DNA from: an uncultured Gammaproteobacteria bacterium
Lineage (GTDB): Bacteria; Pseudomonadota; Gammaproteobacteria; Magnimaribacterales; TMED112
DNA: 64,000 bases
Assembly (NCBI GenBank): GCA_964575305.1
Contig: CAZNPG010000004.1
Location: forward strand, 5,647-69,646
Direction: 5' to 3'
In this document: piece after piece, positions 30,416-39,521 of the stretch
Layout of the letters: each line of letters starts with the position of its first letter
Numbering within the stretch: the stretch's first letter is position 1
Program-made: the position numbers and the translations under genes
The notes under the pieces: model-generated
What the model saw: only the letters and a program-made list of their open reading frames with translations
Told to the model about the DNA's origin: nothing
Databases searched by the model: none

Positions 30416-31185
30416 ATCATTTCCAATCTCTCAAAACTTTAGCTTATGGACAGGTTCGAAGAATACTTAGAATTTGGATTCAGACTATTATCCCGCCTGC
30501 TATAACAACAGCATTATATTTCTTAATTTTTGGAGAACTAATAGGTAGAAGAATTGGAGAAATGCCAGGCTATGAAGGCTTAACCTATCTAGAGTTTATG
30601 GTGCCAGGTTTGATTATGTTAGCAGTCATTACTAATTCATATGCTAATGTTGCTTCGGCATTTTTCGGAGCAAAATTCCAAAAAGCAATTGAAGAGATTT
30701 TAATATCCCCTATGCCAAATTGGTCAATACTTCTTGGCTTTATTGTTGGTGGCATTGCAAGAGGTGTGTTGGTAGGTCTTGTTGTTGTAGCGGTAAGCTT
30801 ATTTTTTACATCATTTGAAATTGTAAATCTTCCATTAACCTTGTTTTCAATTTTGATTACTTCAACATTGTTTTCAATACTAGGTTTAATCAATGGCGTA
30901 TATGCCAAGACTTTTGATGATATAAGCATCATTCCTACCTTTGTGCTTACACCGCTTATTTATCTAGGAGGTATTTTTTATTCAATTGAAATTCTTAGTG
31001 AACAATGGCAGTTCTTCTCAAAAATTAACCCAATCCTTTATATAGTAAATTTCTTTAGATATGCGATGTTAGGAACATCTGAAATAGACCCTTTATCAGG
31101 TTTCATACTAATCTGCGTATTCACTGTTAGCTTTTTTATGCTCGCTTATTATCTATTATTGAAAGGCATTGGCGTAAAGGATTAG
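30412..31185 (+). CDS. ABC-2 type permease (YadH-like)
   Basis: RIWIQTIIPP, FMVPGLIM, YLGGIFYS. Confidence 0.9.
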   Translation: MNHFQSLKTLAYGQVRRILRIWIQTIIPPAITTALYFLIFGELIGRRIGEMPGYEGLTYLEFMVPGLIMLAVITNSYANVASAFFGAKFQKAIEEILISPMPNWSILLGFIVGGIARGVLVGLVVVAVSLFFTSFEIVNLPLTLFSILITSTLFSILGLINGVYAKTFDDISIIPTFVLTPLIYLGGIFYSIEILSEQWQFFSKINPILYIVNFFRYAMLGTSEIDPLSGFILICVFTVSFFMLAYYLLLKGIGVKD

Positions 31186-31186
31186 C

Positions 31187-31897
31187 ATGACAGGACCACT
31201 TGGAAAAAAGGTAGATGCTCCTTCATCTTTTGCTCCAGAAATTTTATTTAGTATCTCTCGTGATGAACAAAGATACAAAAAACAATTAATCAATCAAGAT
31301 GGTGTAGATATATGGAATATCCATGAGCTTTTTTGGGTTGATAAAAAAGGGCATGCTTATCATGACGAAGTTTCGATACATATTCCGGCACAAAGTCCCA
31401 ATACAGTTGAATCAAAATCATTAAAATTGTTCATTAATTCATTAATACACCAAAGATTCGTTAATCTTGATGACGTGAAAAATGTAATTAAGTTCCACTT
31501 AGAGCGGTTATTAGATGCTGAAATAAGCATAGGTAAGGTCCATAAGAAAGTCTCAACATCTCACCATCAAGTAATCACTAATTCTGAATTGAAGCTACTT
31601 TTTACCACGAAAGGCCAAACAAAACTTAAAGGATTTAGAGGTTTCCGCTCTTTATGTCCTGTAACGTCACAACCTGACATTGCAGAAATTTTTATTGATG
31701 GGAATATTCATGATAAAGATTTAGATCGAGTCTCAAGCTATTTGGGTAGTTTTTTTAAAAGAGAATGCTTCCATGAACTTTGTATTGAATACATTTATAG
31801 TGATTTGATCAAGGCGGGTTTCGATATTAAGAAAGTTGAAGGGTATTTTGAACGAAGAGGGGGAATCGCAATAATCCCTATCAGATATTCACAATAA
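31187..31897 (+). CDS. queF: PreQ0 reductase QueF (two-domain type)
   Basis: DIWNIHEL, VESKSLKL, RSLCPVTSQPD (catalytic Cys/Asp), FHE, RRGGI. Confidence 0.88.
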   Translation: MTGPLGKKVDAPSSFAPEILFSISRDEQRYKKQLINQDGVDIWNIHELFWVDKKGHAYHDEVSIHIPAQSPNTVESKSLKLFINSLIHQRFVNLDDVKNVIKFHLERLLDAEISIGKVHKKVSTSHHQVITNSELKLLFTTKGQTKLKGFRGFRSLCPVTSQPDIAEIFIDGNIHDKDLDRVSSYLGSFFKRECFHELCIEYIYSDLIKAGFDIKKVEGYFERRGGIAIIPIRYSQ

Positions 31898-31921
31898 AAT
31901 TTAGGATATAATGCCAATTTC

Positions 31922-32012
31922 GGAGAGATGGCAGAGTGGTCGATCGCGCTACCTTGGAAAGGTAGTGAACGTTTATAGCGTTCCGAGGGTTCGAATCCCT
32001 CTCTCTCCGCCA
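31922..32012 (+). tRNA. tRNA-Ser(GGA)
   Basis: GGAGAGATGGCAGAGTGG...CTACC-TTGGAAA-GGTAG, long variable arm, ...CTCTCCGCCA. Confidence 0.96.
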
Positions 32013-32149
32013 AAACAGTGATTTTCCTTCATTTTTAAGTATTTTGTTGTACATATTAGATATTCTGTATAAAAATTGACGTAAATCCTTGACTAAATGG
32101 GCGAATCAGGCGTTAATTAAAGATTAATTATTTAATTAAGAGGAAAGAT

Positions 32150-35100
32150 ATGACTAAAAGATTACTTTTACTATTAGTTTCTCTAGGATTCTACGGTTTA
32201 GCATTTGCTGATCAGGAAGTCGACGAAGCGGCTGATCCTGTTGTCGAGCAAGTTGAAACTGGAGATGACTCAGACGAAGCCGAGCCAGAAGAAGTGGTTG
32301 TTACTGGTTCTAGAATTGCTAGAACTCAGTACGAAGTCGCTCAACCAGTGACTATCATTTATGGCGAGGAGTATGAAAATAGAGGTTATACAAATGCCGC
32401 TGATGCATTATTTGATGTACCAGGTATTGGTGTAACAAACTCTCTAACAAACGGTTCAGGCGGTAGCTTTGGTAACCAAAGCTCACTCAGTGTGGGTCAA
32501 GCACTCGCAAATAACTTTGGACTAGGATCAGGTAGAACATTAGTTCTAGTAAATGGAAGAAGATTCGTTGGATCTACATCTCCATTTGGTTCAGGTGGTT
32601 CAGGTAATGCCGTTGATATTAACAATATCCCATCAGTAATGATCGATAGAGTTGAAATTGTAAACGCTGGTGGTTCAGCAGTTTATGGTTCTGACGCTAT
32701 TGCAGGTGTTATTAACTACGTTCTCAGAGATGACTATGAAGGAGCAGCAATGACTCTTACATACGATGATTACGCAGGTATGTCATCTGATACATCATTC
32801 CAAGCTGTTATGGGTGGTAACTTTGCCGGTGGTAAAGGTAACATGGTAATGAACTTCCAATACGAAGAAATTGGAACAGTATTTACTGGTGATTGGGACA
32901 GATACTATGATAGAGAGACTGGCATGTGTAATACAAACTCACTTGTAAGAACATATGCTGCAGGCAAATCATATCAACAACAATACATTAGAGCTGGAAT
33001 GGTCGTACCTTTCACAGCTAATGTAGAAGGTGTTCCTCAAGTAACACAAACAGGTTGTATTGGACTATCAGCTATTCCTGAGACAGGAAAAGCTTCTGCA
33101 TATGAGTATTCATTTAAAGCAGGTACATATGGTCTTTGGTTCTACGATGGTGCACTAGGTTCAGATGGACAAATGTGGCACTTTGGTGGCGCTCCAGGTG
33201 ACCTAATGCCTTACGATGATGGTATTAACTATGGTAGTTCTTTCTTTGGTTTTGATAACCCAGCTGGTTATAGATCAGACTACAACACATTAAGAGCAGG
33301 ATTCGAAAGACTAAACTTCAGCATGTTCTCAAACTACGATGTTAATGACAACATGACAGTTTACTTTGATGCTTTCCACAATGGATTCTTCTCATTTGAC
33401 TACGGAAACACATCTGGATACCCATATTCAACATATGCGTTTGGATCAGGACAAGACTTCCCTCCAACAATAGGTATCGATAACCCATACTTAACTCAGA
33501 ATTCTGTAGATATTCTGAATTCATATGGACTATCAAGTTTCCACGTATCTAAATCACAAGTTGATTTACTTCAAAAAGGTGATGGTGGATATACAATCGA
33601 AAACAATAACTCAGTTTCAATGTACTCAGTAGGTGTTGAAGGTAGTTTTGATCTTGATGATCAAACATTCAACTACTCAGCTGGTTACTCAATTGGTAAT
33701 ACAGAGATTTATTCAGATGCCCCTGGTGTAATCGGAGCTAGATACGCTGCAGCACTAGATGTAGGTATTAACCCTGCAACAGGTGAGATTGATTGTAGAA
33801 TGAACTACGATCCAGATCGTGATCCAGCATTATATGATTATTCACCGTTTGCTCCTGGATATTTCACAGGTGGAACATTATATGGTCCTAGCATTTTAGG
33901 TGCTGTTGGTGATTGTGCTCCTTTAAACATTATGGGTAGAGGTGCTCCATCAGAAGCTGCTAGAAATTATGTTGGTACTAATTTAAGAACTAATGCATTT
34001 ATTGAGCAAGAAGTTACATTTGCTAACTTATCTGGTGATTTATTTGAAATGCCAGCTGGTGCAGTTAAAGCTGCATTAGGTTTTGAAGCTAGAGTAGAGC
34101 AAGGTGACTATAATGCATCTGCTATACAAAATCTTGGTTTAACTAGATCAGCTCCAAGACCATCATTAGGTGGTGGGTATGAAGTTGATGCTGATTACTA
34201 CGAAGTTAGTGTACCTCTAATGGGTGGCGACTGGACATTACCAGGTGTTGTCTCAATGGTTCTTGACTTCTCAGCTAGAACAATTGATAACTCAATTGCT
34301 GGTGCATACGATGTAGAAGCTACATCTTTGAACTGGAGAGTAATGGATGATTTAGCGATTAGAGTATCCGAGCAGACAGCTATTAAAGCTCCTGATCTTG
34401 GAGACTTATTCTTACCACAGATTACTACATTTAGTACAGCTGCTGACCCATGTGACTACAGATACAGAGAAGTCGGTAGAAATCCAGAAGTTAGACAAGC
34501 TAACTGTGATGCTGAAGGAATTCCAGCTGACTTTGTTTCATTAGTTGTTAATGCAACAGCAAGTGGTGTTACTGGTGGTAATCCAAATCTTATTAATGAG
34601 ACAGCGGATACTAAATCTACAGGTATCGTTTACCAACCTTCATGGTGGGGTGACGTATTCTTTGGTAGTTTAAACTTAGCTGCTGACTATATTGAAATTG
34701 AATTGAATGATTACGTAACTTCATTCTCTTTAACTCAAAATATGGAAGCATGTTATGACTACGAAACATATCCAAATAGTCAATTCTGTGATTCATTCAC
34801 AAGAGACGCTGATTTTGAAGTTGTAGATTTTGCAACTGGTTTAATCAACGCTGGTTTAATTGACTTTGCTACTTATGTTTATAAAGCTGACTTTGCTTTT
34901 GATGTATCAGAAATGGCATCATGGGTATCAAGAGAGAATGTTGCTATGGACTTAGGTTCAATGGCTATCAGATGGAGAGCTACGCAAGAAGACTTCTTTG
35001 CTAGTGCAGATTCTGGTGCTGCTGAAGACCTATCTTCTGCAACAGGACAGTTTGGTAACGATGAATGGTTCTACGATACATCAGTAGAGTGGGCTAAGGG

Positions 35101-35392
35101 TAACTGGTATGTATGGGTTCAAGGTAACTCAAGATCCGGTGGTGTTATAGATATTAACCGTCAGTTTGATGATGAATATCTAGGATACGATGGTAACCCT
35201 ATATTTGAATTTGATGGATATACTACTTACAACGGTGGTGTAGGTTATACAGTGAATGATGACACAACAGTCAGAGTAAACTTCTATAACTTAATGGACT
35301 ACGATGGATTTGAAGATGATGTCTTCACTCCAGAAGCAGACCTTCTCTTCGTTGGAAGACAAGTTAATGCAAGTGTAAACGTTAGATTCTAA
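32150..35392 (+). CDS. Large TonB-dependent receptor (1080 aa)
   Basis: EEVVVTGSRI, GRTLVLVNGRR, IDRVEI, VYGSDAIAGVIN, C-terminal Phe. Confidence 0.94.
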   Translation: MTKRLLLLLVSLGFYGLAFADQEVDEAADPVVEQVETGDDSDEAEPEEVVVTGSRIARTQYEVAQPVTIIYGEEYENRGYTNAADALFDVPGIGVTNSLTNGSGGSFGNQSSLSVGQALANNFGLGSGRTLVLVNGRRFVGSTSPFGSGGSGNAVDINNIPSVMIDRVEIVNAGGSAVYGSDAIAGVINYVLRDDYEGAAMTLTYDDYAGMSSDTSFQAVMGGNFAGGKGNMVMNFQYEEIGTVFTGDWDRYYDRETGMCNTNSLVRTYAAGKSYQQQYIRAGMVVPFTANVEGVPQVTQTGCIGLSAIPETGKASAYEYSFKAGTYGLWFYDGALGSDGQMWHFGGAPGDLMPYDDGINYGSSFFGFDNPAGYRSDYNTLRAGFERLNFSMFSNYDVNDNMTVYFDAFHNGFFSFDYGNTSGYPYSTYAFGSGQDFPPTIGIDNPYLTQNSVDILNSYGLSSFHVSKSQVDLLQKGDGGYTIENNNSVSMYSVGVEGSFDLDDQTFNYSAGYSIGNTEIYSDAPGVIGARYAAALDVGINPATGEIDCRMNYDPDRDPALYDYSPFAPGYFTGGTLYGPSILGAVGDCAPLNIMGRGAPSEAARNYVGTNLRTNAFIEQEVTFANLSGDLFEMPAGAVKAALGFEARVEQGDYNASAIQNLGLTRSAPRPSLGGGYEVDADYYEVSVPLMGGDWTLPGVVSMVLDFSARTIDNSIAGAYDVEATSLNWRVMDDLAIRVSEQTAIKAPDLGDLFLPQITTFSTAADPCDYRYREVGRNPEVRQANCDAEGIPADFVSLVVNATASGVTGGNPNLINETADTKSTGIVYQPSWWGDVFFGSLNLAADYIEIELNDYVTSFSLTQNMEACYDYETYPNSQFCDSFTRDADFEVVDFATGLINAGLIDFATYVYKADFAFDVSEMASWVSRENVAMDLGSMAIRWRATQEDFFASADSGAAEDLSSATGQFGNDEWFYDTSVEWAKGNWYVWVQGNSRSGGVIDINRQFDDEYLGYDGNPIFEFDGYTTYNGGVGYTVNDDTTVRVNFYNLMDYDGFEDDVFTPEADLLFVGRQVNASVNVRF

Positions 35393-35408
35393 AGTAATCT
35401 TAATCTTT

Positions 35409-35438
35409 AAAAGGGGAAGGAAACTTCCCCTTTTTTTT
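35409..35438 (+). terminator. Intrinsic terminator after the TBDR
   Basis: GGGGAAG-GAAA-CTTCCCC plus T8; short A-run upstream. Confidence 0.92.
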
Positions 35439-35446
35439 ATTTAAAA

Positions 35447-35468
35447 ATACTGTATACTTATACAGTAT
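35447..35468. promoter_or_regulatory. LexA (SOS) box overlapping a TATACT -10 element
   Basis: ATACTGTATA-CT-TATACAGTAT perfect inverted repeat; 18/20 match to TACTGTATATATATACAGTA. Confidence 0.85.
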
Positions 35469-35631
35469 GAAAGAATTAATAAATCATTTTTTAAAGCAAC
35501 CTTTAGATAACGTATATATTGAACGTGTTGCTTTTCAATATTTTGAATCTGACTATAAGGCTGCAGAAAATTTCCTTTGTTCACTCAGAGCTGAAAATAA
35601 TCACAATATTACTAAGAATTACTTCAATTAA
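35467..35631 (+). CDS. Unknown 54-aa protein, probably leaderless and SOS-regulated
   Basis: Hand translation MKELINHFLKQPLDNVYIERVAFQYFESDYKAAENFLCSLRAENNHNITKNYFN*; ATG overlaps the end of the LexA box. Confidence 0.55.
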   Translation: MKELINHFLKQPLDNVYIERVAFQYFESDYKAAENFLCSLRAENNHNITKNYFN

Positions 35632-35654
35632 GATCTGAAATAAATTAACATTTC

Positions 35655-35848
35655 TTTAGGTGTCCCACACTCTATTTACGCAGAGAAATATGGTGTGTTA
35701 GATTAATTCTCAGCCGAAGGAGGTGATCCAAATTAGTATTAAAACAAATTCAGGATTATTAGGAGGTAATTGCTGACACCAATTATGGCCTAAGTCCGAC
35801 ATAAGGTTTTAACTTTATGAATAGCCTCTTTTTTAGAGGCTTTTTTTT
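35655..35848 (+). ncRNA. Candidate structured RNA of unknown family
   Basis: Hand-folded helices 35666-35677/35686-35697, CAGC/GCTG, TGATCC/GGATTA, GGTGT/ACACC, 35800-35819; ends in terminator; no AUG-initiated ORF of note. Confidence 0.45.
35823..35848 (+). terminator. Intrinsic terminator 3 nt upstream of the EamA start codon
   Basis: AGCCTCT-TTTTT-AGAGGCT plus T7. Confidence 0.85.
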
Positions 35849-35851
35849 ACC

Positions 35852-36709
35852 ATGAATACAAAAGATTTTTTAACATTATTATTAGTCTCCTTTTTTTGGG
35901 GAGGTTCATTTTTATTCTTACGTTTATTAGTAATAGAAGGGCTAAACCCTTTACAAATCGTTTCTCTGAGAATGATGTTTGCTGCTATATTTATTGCACC
36001 CTTTTTTTTATTAAAGTTAAAAAAATATTCCTTTTTTGATCATGGTTTCTCTTTTCTATTAATTGGTTTACTCAATACAGCACTACCATTTACGTTATTT
36101 GCTTATGCGTCTGTTAATTTGGGAGCAGGATCTTTATCTGTATTACAAGCTACAGTTCCAATTCTTACAGCCTTAATTCTCTTTTCCCTGTATAGAGATG
36201 AATTTTCAATAATGAAGCTTGTAGGTGTATTAATAGGATTTTCAGGCTTATTTTTATTAGCTGGTCCTTCCGGTGAGTTAGATTTATTCTCATCTATCTT
36301 ATGTGTTATTGCATCATTGTCATACGCTATATCAGGTGTTTATTTAGCTAATACACCACAAAAAATTAATAACTCTTTTGTTGGTATGGGTTCTATTATT
36401 GTTGGTGCTATATTGCTTTCACCATTCTTAATTAATTATCACAGTGCAAATTTAAATATTAGTTCTACAGCTTGGCTTTATATAGCATTGTTGGGTGTAA
36501 TTAACACCTCATTAGCATATGTAATTTTTATTAAATTGATTAAACGAATTGGTTCATTAAACGCTTCATTCGTAACATACTTGGTGCCTGTATCAAGCAT
36601 CTCACTTGGCATACTCATTTTAGATGAAGTGTTTACTATAGATATGATTATTGGATCATCATTAATTTTCCTTGGAGTATTTTTCTCCAACAGAGAAAAG
36701 ACTAGCTAG
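35852..36709 (+). CDS. EamA/DMT family transporter
   Basis: FWGGSF, two repeated hydrophobic halves, YLVPV, GILILDE. Confidence 0.9.
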   Translation: MNTKDFLTLLLVSFFWGGSFLFLRLLVIEGLNPLQIVSLRMMFAAIFIAPFFLLKLKKYSFFDHGFSFLLIGLLNTALPFTLFAYASVNLGAGSLSVLQATVPILTALILFSLYRDEFSIMKLVGVLIGFSGLFLLAGPSGELDLFSSILCVIASLSYAISGVYLANTPQKINNSFVGMGSIIVGAILLSPFLINYHSANLNISSTAWLYIALLGVINTSLAYVIFIKLIKRIGSLNASFVTYLVPVSSISLGILILDEVFTIDMIIGSSLIFLGVFFSNREKTS

Positions 36710-37622
36710 TCTTAGGGCCTAGGTGATTTTCGTTCTTAGATTTAGACAAATTGATCTGTTGTTGCCTTGTTTTGTATCTATTCACTTGTTTTGCAGTTTT
36801 GCTGTTAATACAGTTATCACAAGAGACTCCTTTGACGTAATTACAGGATAATTTGTCTTGCTCTGTAATAGGGGTTCTACAACCATGGCACAAATCATAT
36901 TCACCTTCTGATAGATCATGTTTAACTGAAACCCTATCATCAAAGACAAAGCATTCTCCTTCCCATTTAGAGTCATTAACATCAATATTTTCTAAGTATT
37001 TAAGAATGCCTCCTTTTAGATGATAAACATTTTTAAACCCTTGTTTTTTCATATATGAAGATGCTTTTTCACATCTAATACCACCTGTACAAAACATAGC
37101 AACATTCTTTGATTTTTTATCAGATTTACTAAATTCTTGTTTATCTACCCAATTTGGAAATTCCTTAAAATTCTTAGTTTCAGGATTAATTGAATTCTCA
37201 AATGATCCAATTGAATATTCATAATCATTCCTTGTATCAATTAATATTGTATCTTTATTATCAATTAAGGAATTCCAGTCTTTGGGGTCAACATACTGGC
37301 CAGCTTGCGTTGTAGGGTCTATATTTTTTAAACCCATTGAAACAATTTCATCTTTAATTTTAATTTTTAGTCGTAGAAAAGGTTTTTTTGCTGAAGAGGA
37401 TTCTTTAAGATCTATTCCTTGAAACTGATCTATTGATTGTAGAAATGATGTGGCTTTTAGAAGGGAATTCTCAGTGCCAGAAATTGTTCCATTTATTCCT
37501 TCTTCTCCGATTATTATGGTGCCAAGAATATTCAATGATGATAATTGAGCTTTAATAATATTTTGAAAATATTTTAGCTCTGTAATTCTACAGAATTTAT
37601 ACAGTGCTACTATTTTATGCAT
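36702..37622 (-). CDS. trhO: tRNA U34 hydroxylase TrhO (rhodanese-like, YceA)
   Basis: [44 protein letters not shown]. Confidence 0.9.
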   Translation of the reverse strand: MHKIVALYKFCRITELKYFQNIIKAQLSSLNILGTIIIGEEGINGTISGTENSLLKATSFLQSIDQFQGIDLKESSSAKKPFLRLKIKIKDEIVSMGLKNIDPTTQAGQYVDPKDWNSLIDNKDTILIDTRNDYEYSIGSFENSINPETKNFKEFPNWVDKQEFSKSDKKSKNVAMFCTGGIRCEKASSYMKKQGFKNVYHLKGGILKYLENIDVNDSKWEGECFVFDDRVSVKHDLSEGEYDLCHGCRTPITEQDKLSCNYVKGVSCDNCINSKTAKQVNRYKTRQQQINLSKSKNENHLGPKTS

Positions 37623-37642
37623 AATCCTATTTTATTCATTAT

Positions 37643-37719
37643 TGGTGCGCCCGGGAAGACTCGAACTCCCGACATCCTGGTTCGAAGCCAGGCACTCTAT
37701 CCAGCTGAGCTACGGGCGC
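37643..37719 (-). tRNA. tRNA-Arg(TCG)
   Basis: GCGCCCGTAGCTCAGCTGGATAGAG...CCTGG-CTTCGAA-CCAGG...CGGGCGCACCA. Confidence 0.95.
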
Positions 37720-39392
37720 TAATATCCAGAAGCTTGACCATCCTTTCTGCTTTCGGATGCCCCATAATATACACCATCTTTTAACATTATTGCTTGGTAG
37801 CCGCCAAATCCACCCTTATCGTATTTTAGTTTATGTCCCTTATTTAATAGTTCTTGCCGTGTTTGATCAGAAAAACCTGATTCTAAGCTTATATAGCCTC
37901 CATCAAGCATTATCTCTCCCGTTGGTTGAGAAGAACCAACATGTCTTATTCTTGGTGCATCTCCAGCTTCCTGAAGATTCATATTAAAATCGATAAGATT
38001 AATAACTACTTGTGCATGTCCTTGAGGTTGCATAGCACCACCCATAAGACCGAAACTTATAAAAGGCATATCATCCTTAGTTATAAAGGCAGGGATAATT
38101 GTATGAAATGGTCTCTTACCTCCAACTAAAGAATTCTTATGGTTAGGATTTAAACTAAACATTTCTCCTCTATCTTGAAGCATAAAACCAAGGTCTTTAG
38201 GAACCATGCCAGAGCCCATGCCTCTATAGTTACTTTGTATAAGAGAAACCATATTTCCGAATTTATCAGCAACTGTAAGGTAAATAGTATCTCCATCTTC
38301 TAAACCAGCATCGAATCTAGTTGCAGCTTTATTTTTATTTATTAATTTAGTCCTAATAGATGCATAATTTTTTGAAATTAATTCAGATGTAGGAACATCA
38401 GAAAAATTTGGATCCGCATAATATTTAGCTCTGTCTTCATAAGCTAATTTTTTGGCCTCTGTAAAAAGATGAATATATTCAGCAGAATCTAGTTCCATGG
38501 AAGAGATATTAAAATTCTCAAGGATATTTAAAATTTGTAGCGCAGCTATTCCCTGGCCGTTTGGAGGCAACTCCCAAATATCATAACCTCTATAATTTGA
38601 GGATACTGGTTCTATCCATTCTGGTTCAAAATTTGCTAAATCTTTTATTGTTAATAAGCCACCTTGCGATTGGATGAAATCTGCAATACTTTTTGCTATA
38701 TCTCCACTGTAAAAATCTTGTCCATATGACGATGCAATTTTTTTATAGGTAGTTGCTAATTCTTTATTAGTAAAGATTTCTCCTTTGTCAGGTGTTCGCC
38801 CATTTTTCATCCAAACATTAGAGAAGTTTGGATAATTTTTAAATCTATTAGCTGATCCTTCTAAATAATATGCAACTAACTCAGAAACTGGAAAGCCATT
38901 TTCTGCATAACTAATTGCGTTATTAAATATTCCATTAAAATCTGCACTTCCAAATTTTTTATGAAGAGCAACCCATCCAGCTACTGCCCCAGGGACTGTT
39001 ACAGGTAAGGGCCCATATGCTGGGATCTTATCAAGACCTTGATTCTTAATAAAATCTATATTCATATCTTTTGGTGCAGGACCAGATGAATTTAAGCCAT
39101 ATAATTTTTTTGTTTTAGCATCCCATACAATTGCAAATAGATCACCACCAATACCACAGCCTGTTGGCTCTACTAGTCCGAGTACAGCATTTGCTGCAAT
39201 AGCAGCATCAATAGCATTTCCACCTTCTTTCAATACATCTATTGCCGTTTGCGTTGCTAATGGATGACTTGTTGCAGCCATTCCATTTTCAGCTATTACT
39301 TCAGATCTACTTGCGAAGGGAAGGCCAGTGATCCTATCGTAGCTAAAAACACTATTTAAGAAGAAAAAAAGAAGAATAATTTTATATTTCAT
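37719..39392 (-). CDS. ggt: Gamma-glutamyltransferase family Ntn hydrolase with signal peptide
   Basis: [22 protein letters not shown] nucleophile, [13 protein letters not shown]; start moved to ATG 39392 because the longer ORF overlaps a tRNA. Confidence 0.92.
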   Translation of the reverse strand: MKYKIILLFFFLNSVFSYDRITGLPFASRSEVIAENGMAATSHPLATQTAIDVLKEGGNAIDAAIAANAVLGLVEPTGCGIGGDLFAIVWDAKTKKLYGLNSSGPAPKDMNIDFIKNQGLDKIPAYGPLPVTVPGAVAGWVALHKKFGSADFNGIFNNAISYAENGFPVSELVAYYLEGSANRFKNYPNFSNVWMKNGRTPDKGEIFTNKELATTYKKIASSYGQDFYSGDIAKSIADFIQSQGGLLTIKDLANFEPEWIEPVSSNYRGYDIWELPPNGQGIAALQILNILENFNISSMELDSAEYIHLFTEAKKLAYEDRAKYYADPNFSDVPTSELISKNYASIRTKLINKNKAATRFDAGLEDGDTIYLTVADKFGNMVSLIQSNYRGMGSGMVPKDLGFMLQDRGEMFSLNPNHKNSLVGGKRPFHTIIPAFITKDDMPFISFGLMGGAMQPQGHAQVVINLIDFNMNLQEAGDAPRIRHVGSSQPTGEIMLDGGYISLESGFSDQTRQELLNKGHKLKYDKGGFGGYQAIMLKDGVYYGASESRKDGQASGY

Positions 39393-39400
39393 AACTAAAA

Positions 39401-39477
39401 TGGTGCGCTTGGGAAGATTCGAACTCCCGACCTCTTGGTTCGTAGCCAAGCGCTCTATCCAGCTGAGCTACAAGCGC
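39401..39477 (-). tRNA. tRNA-Arg(ACG)
   Basis: GCGCTTGTAGCTCAGCTGGATAGAG...CTTGG-CTACGAA-CCAAG...CAAGCGCACCA. Confidence 0.96.
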
Positions 39478-39521
39478 ACTTTTAAATTATAATAATCTTT
39501 GTAACAATTTTCTTAACTAAT

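Noticed and set aside
31795-32013. MAEREGFEPS... ORF
   Set aside because: Antisense translation of tRNA-Ser
2483-35440. Integrative elements at tRNA-Ala or tRNA-Ser
   Set aside because: No integrase and no duplicated tRNA 3' end seen
35640-35850. Glycine, lysine, TPP or c-di-GMP riboswitch, SRP, tmRNA, or 16S fragment
   Set aside because: Only isolated words match (GCCGAAG, TCAGG, GCTGAGA on minus, GGCCTAA); required helices and spacing do not fit by eye, and 16S similarity stops after 14 nt. An Rfam scan is still needed
39393-39449. N-terminal extension of ggt in the ORF track
   Set aside because: Lies inside tRNA-Arg(ACG); the signal peptide starts at 39392
37643-39477. tRNA-Arg pair as attL/attR of an island carrying ggt
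   Set aside because: Both copies are full length with compensatory changes; no recombinase nearby
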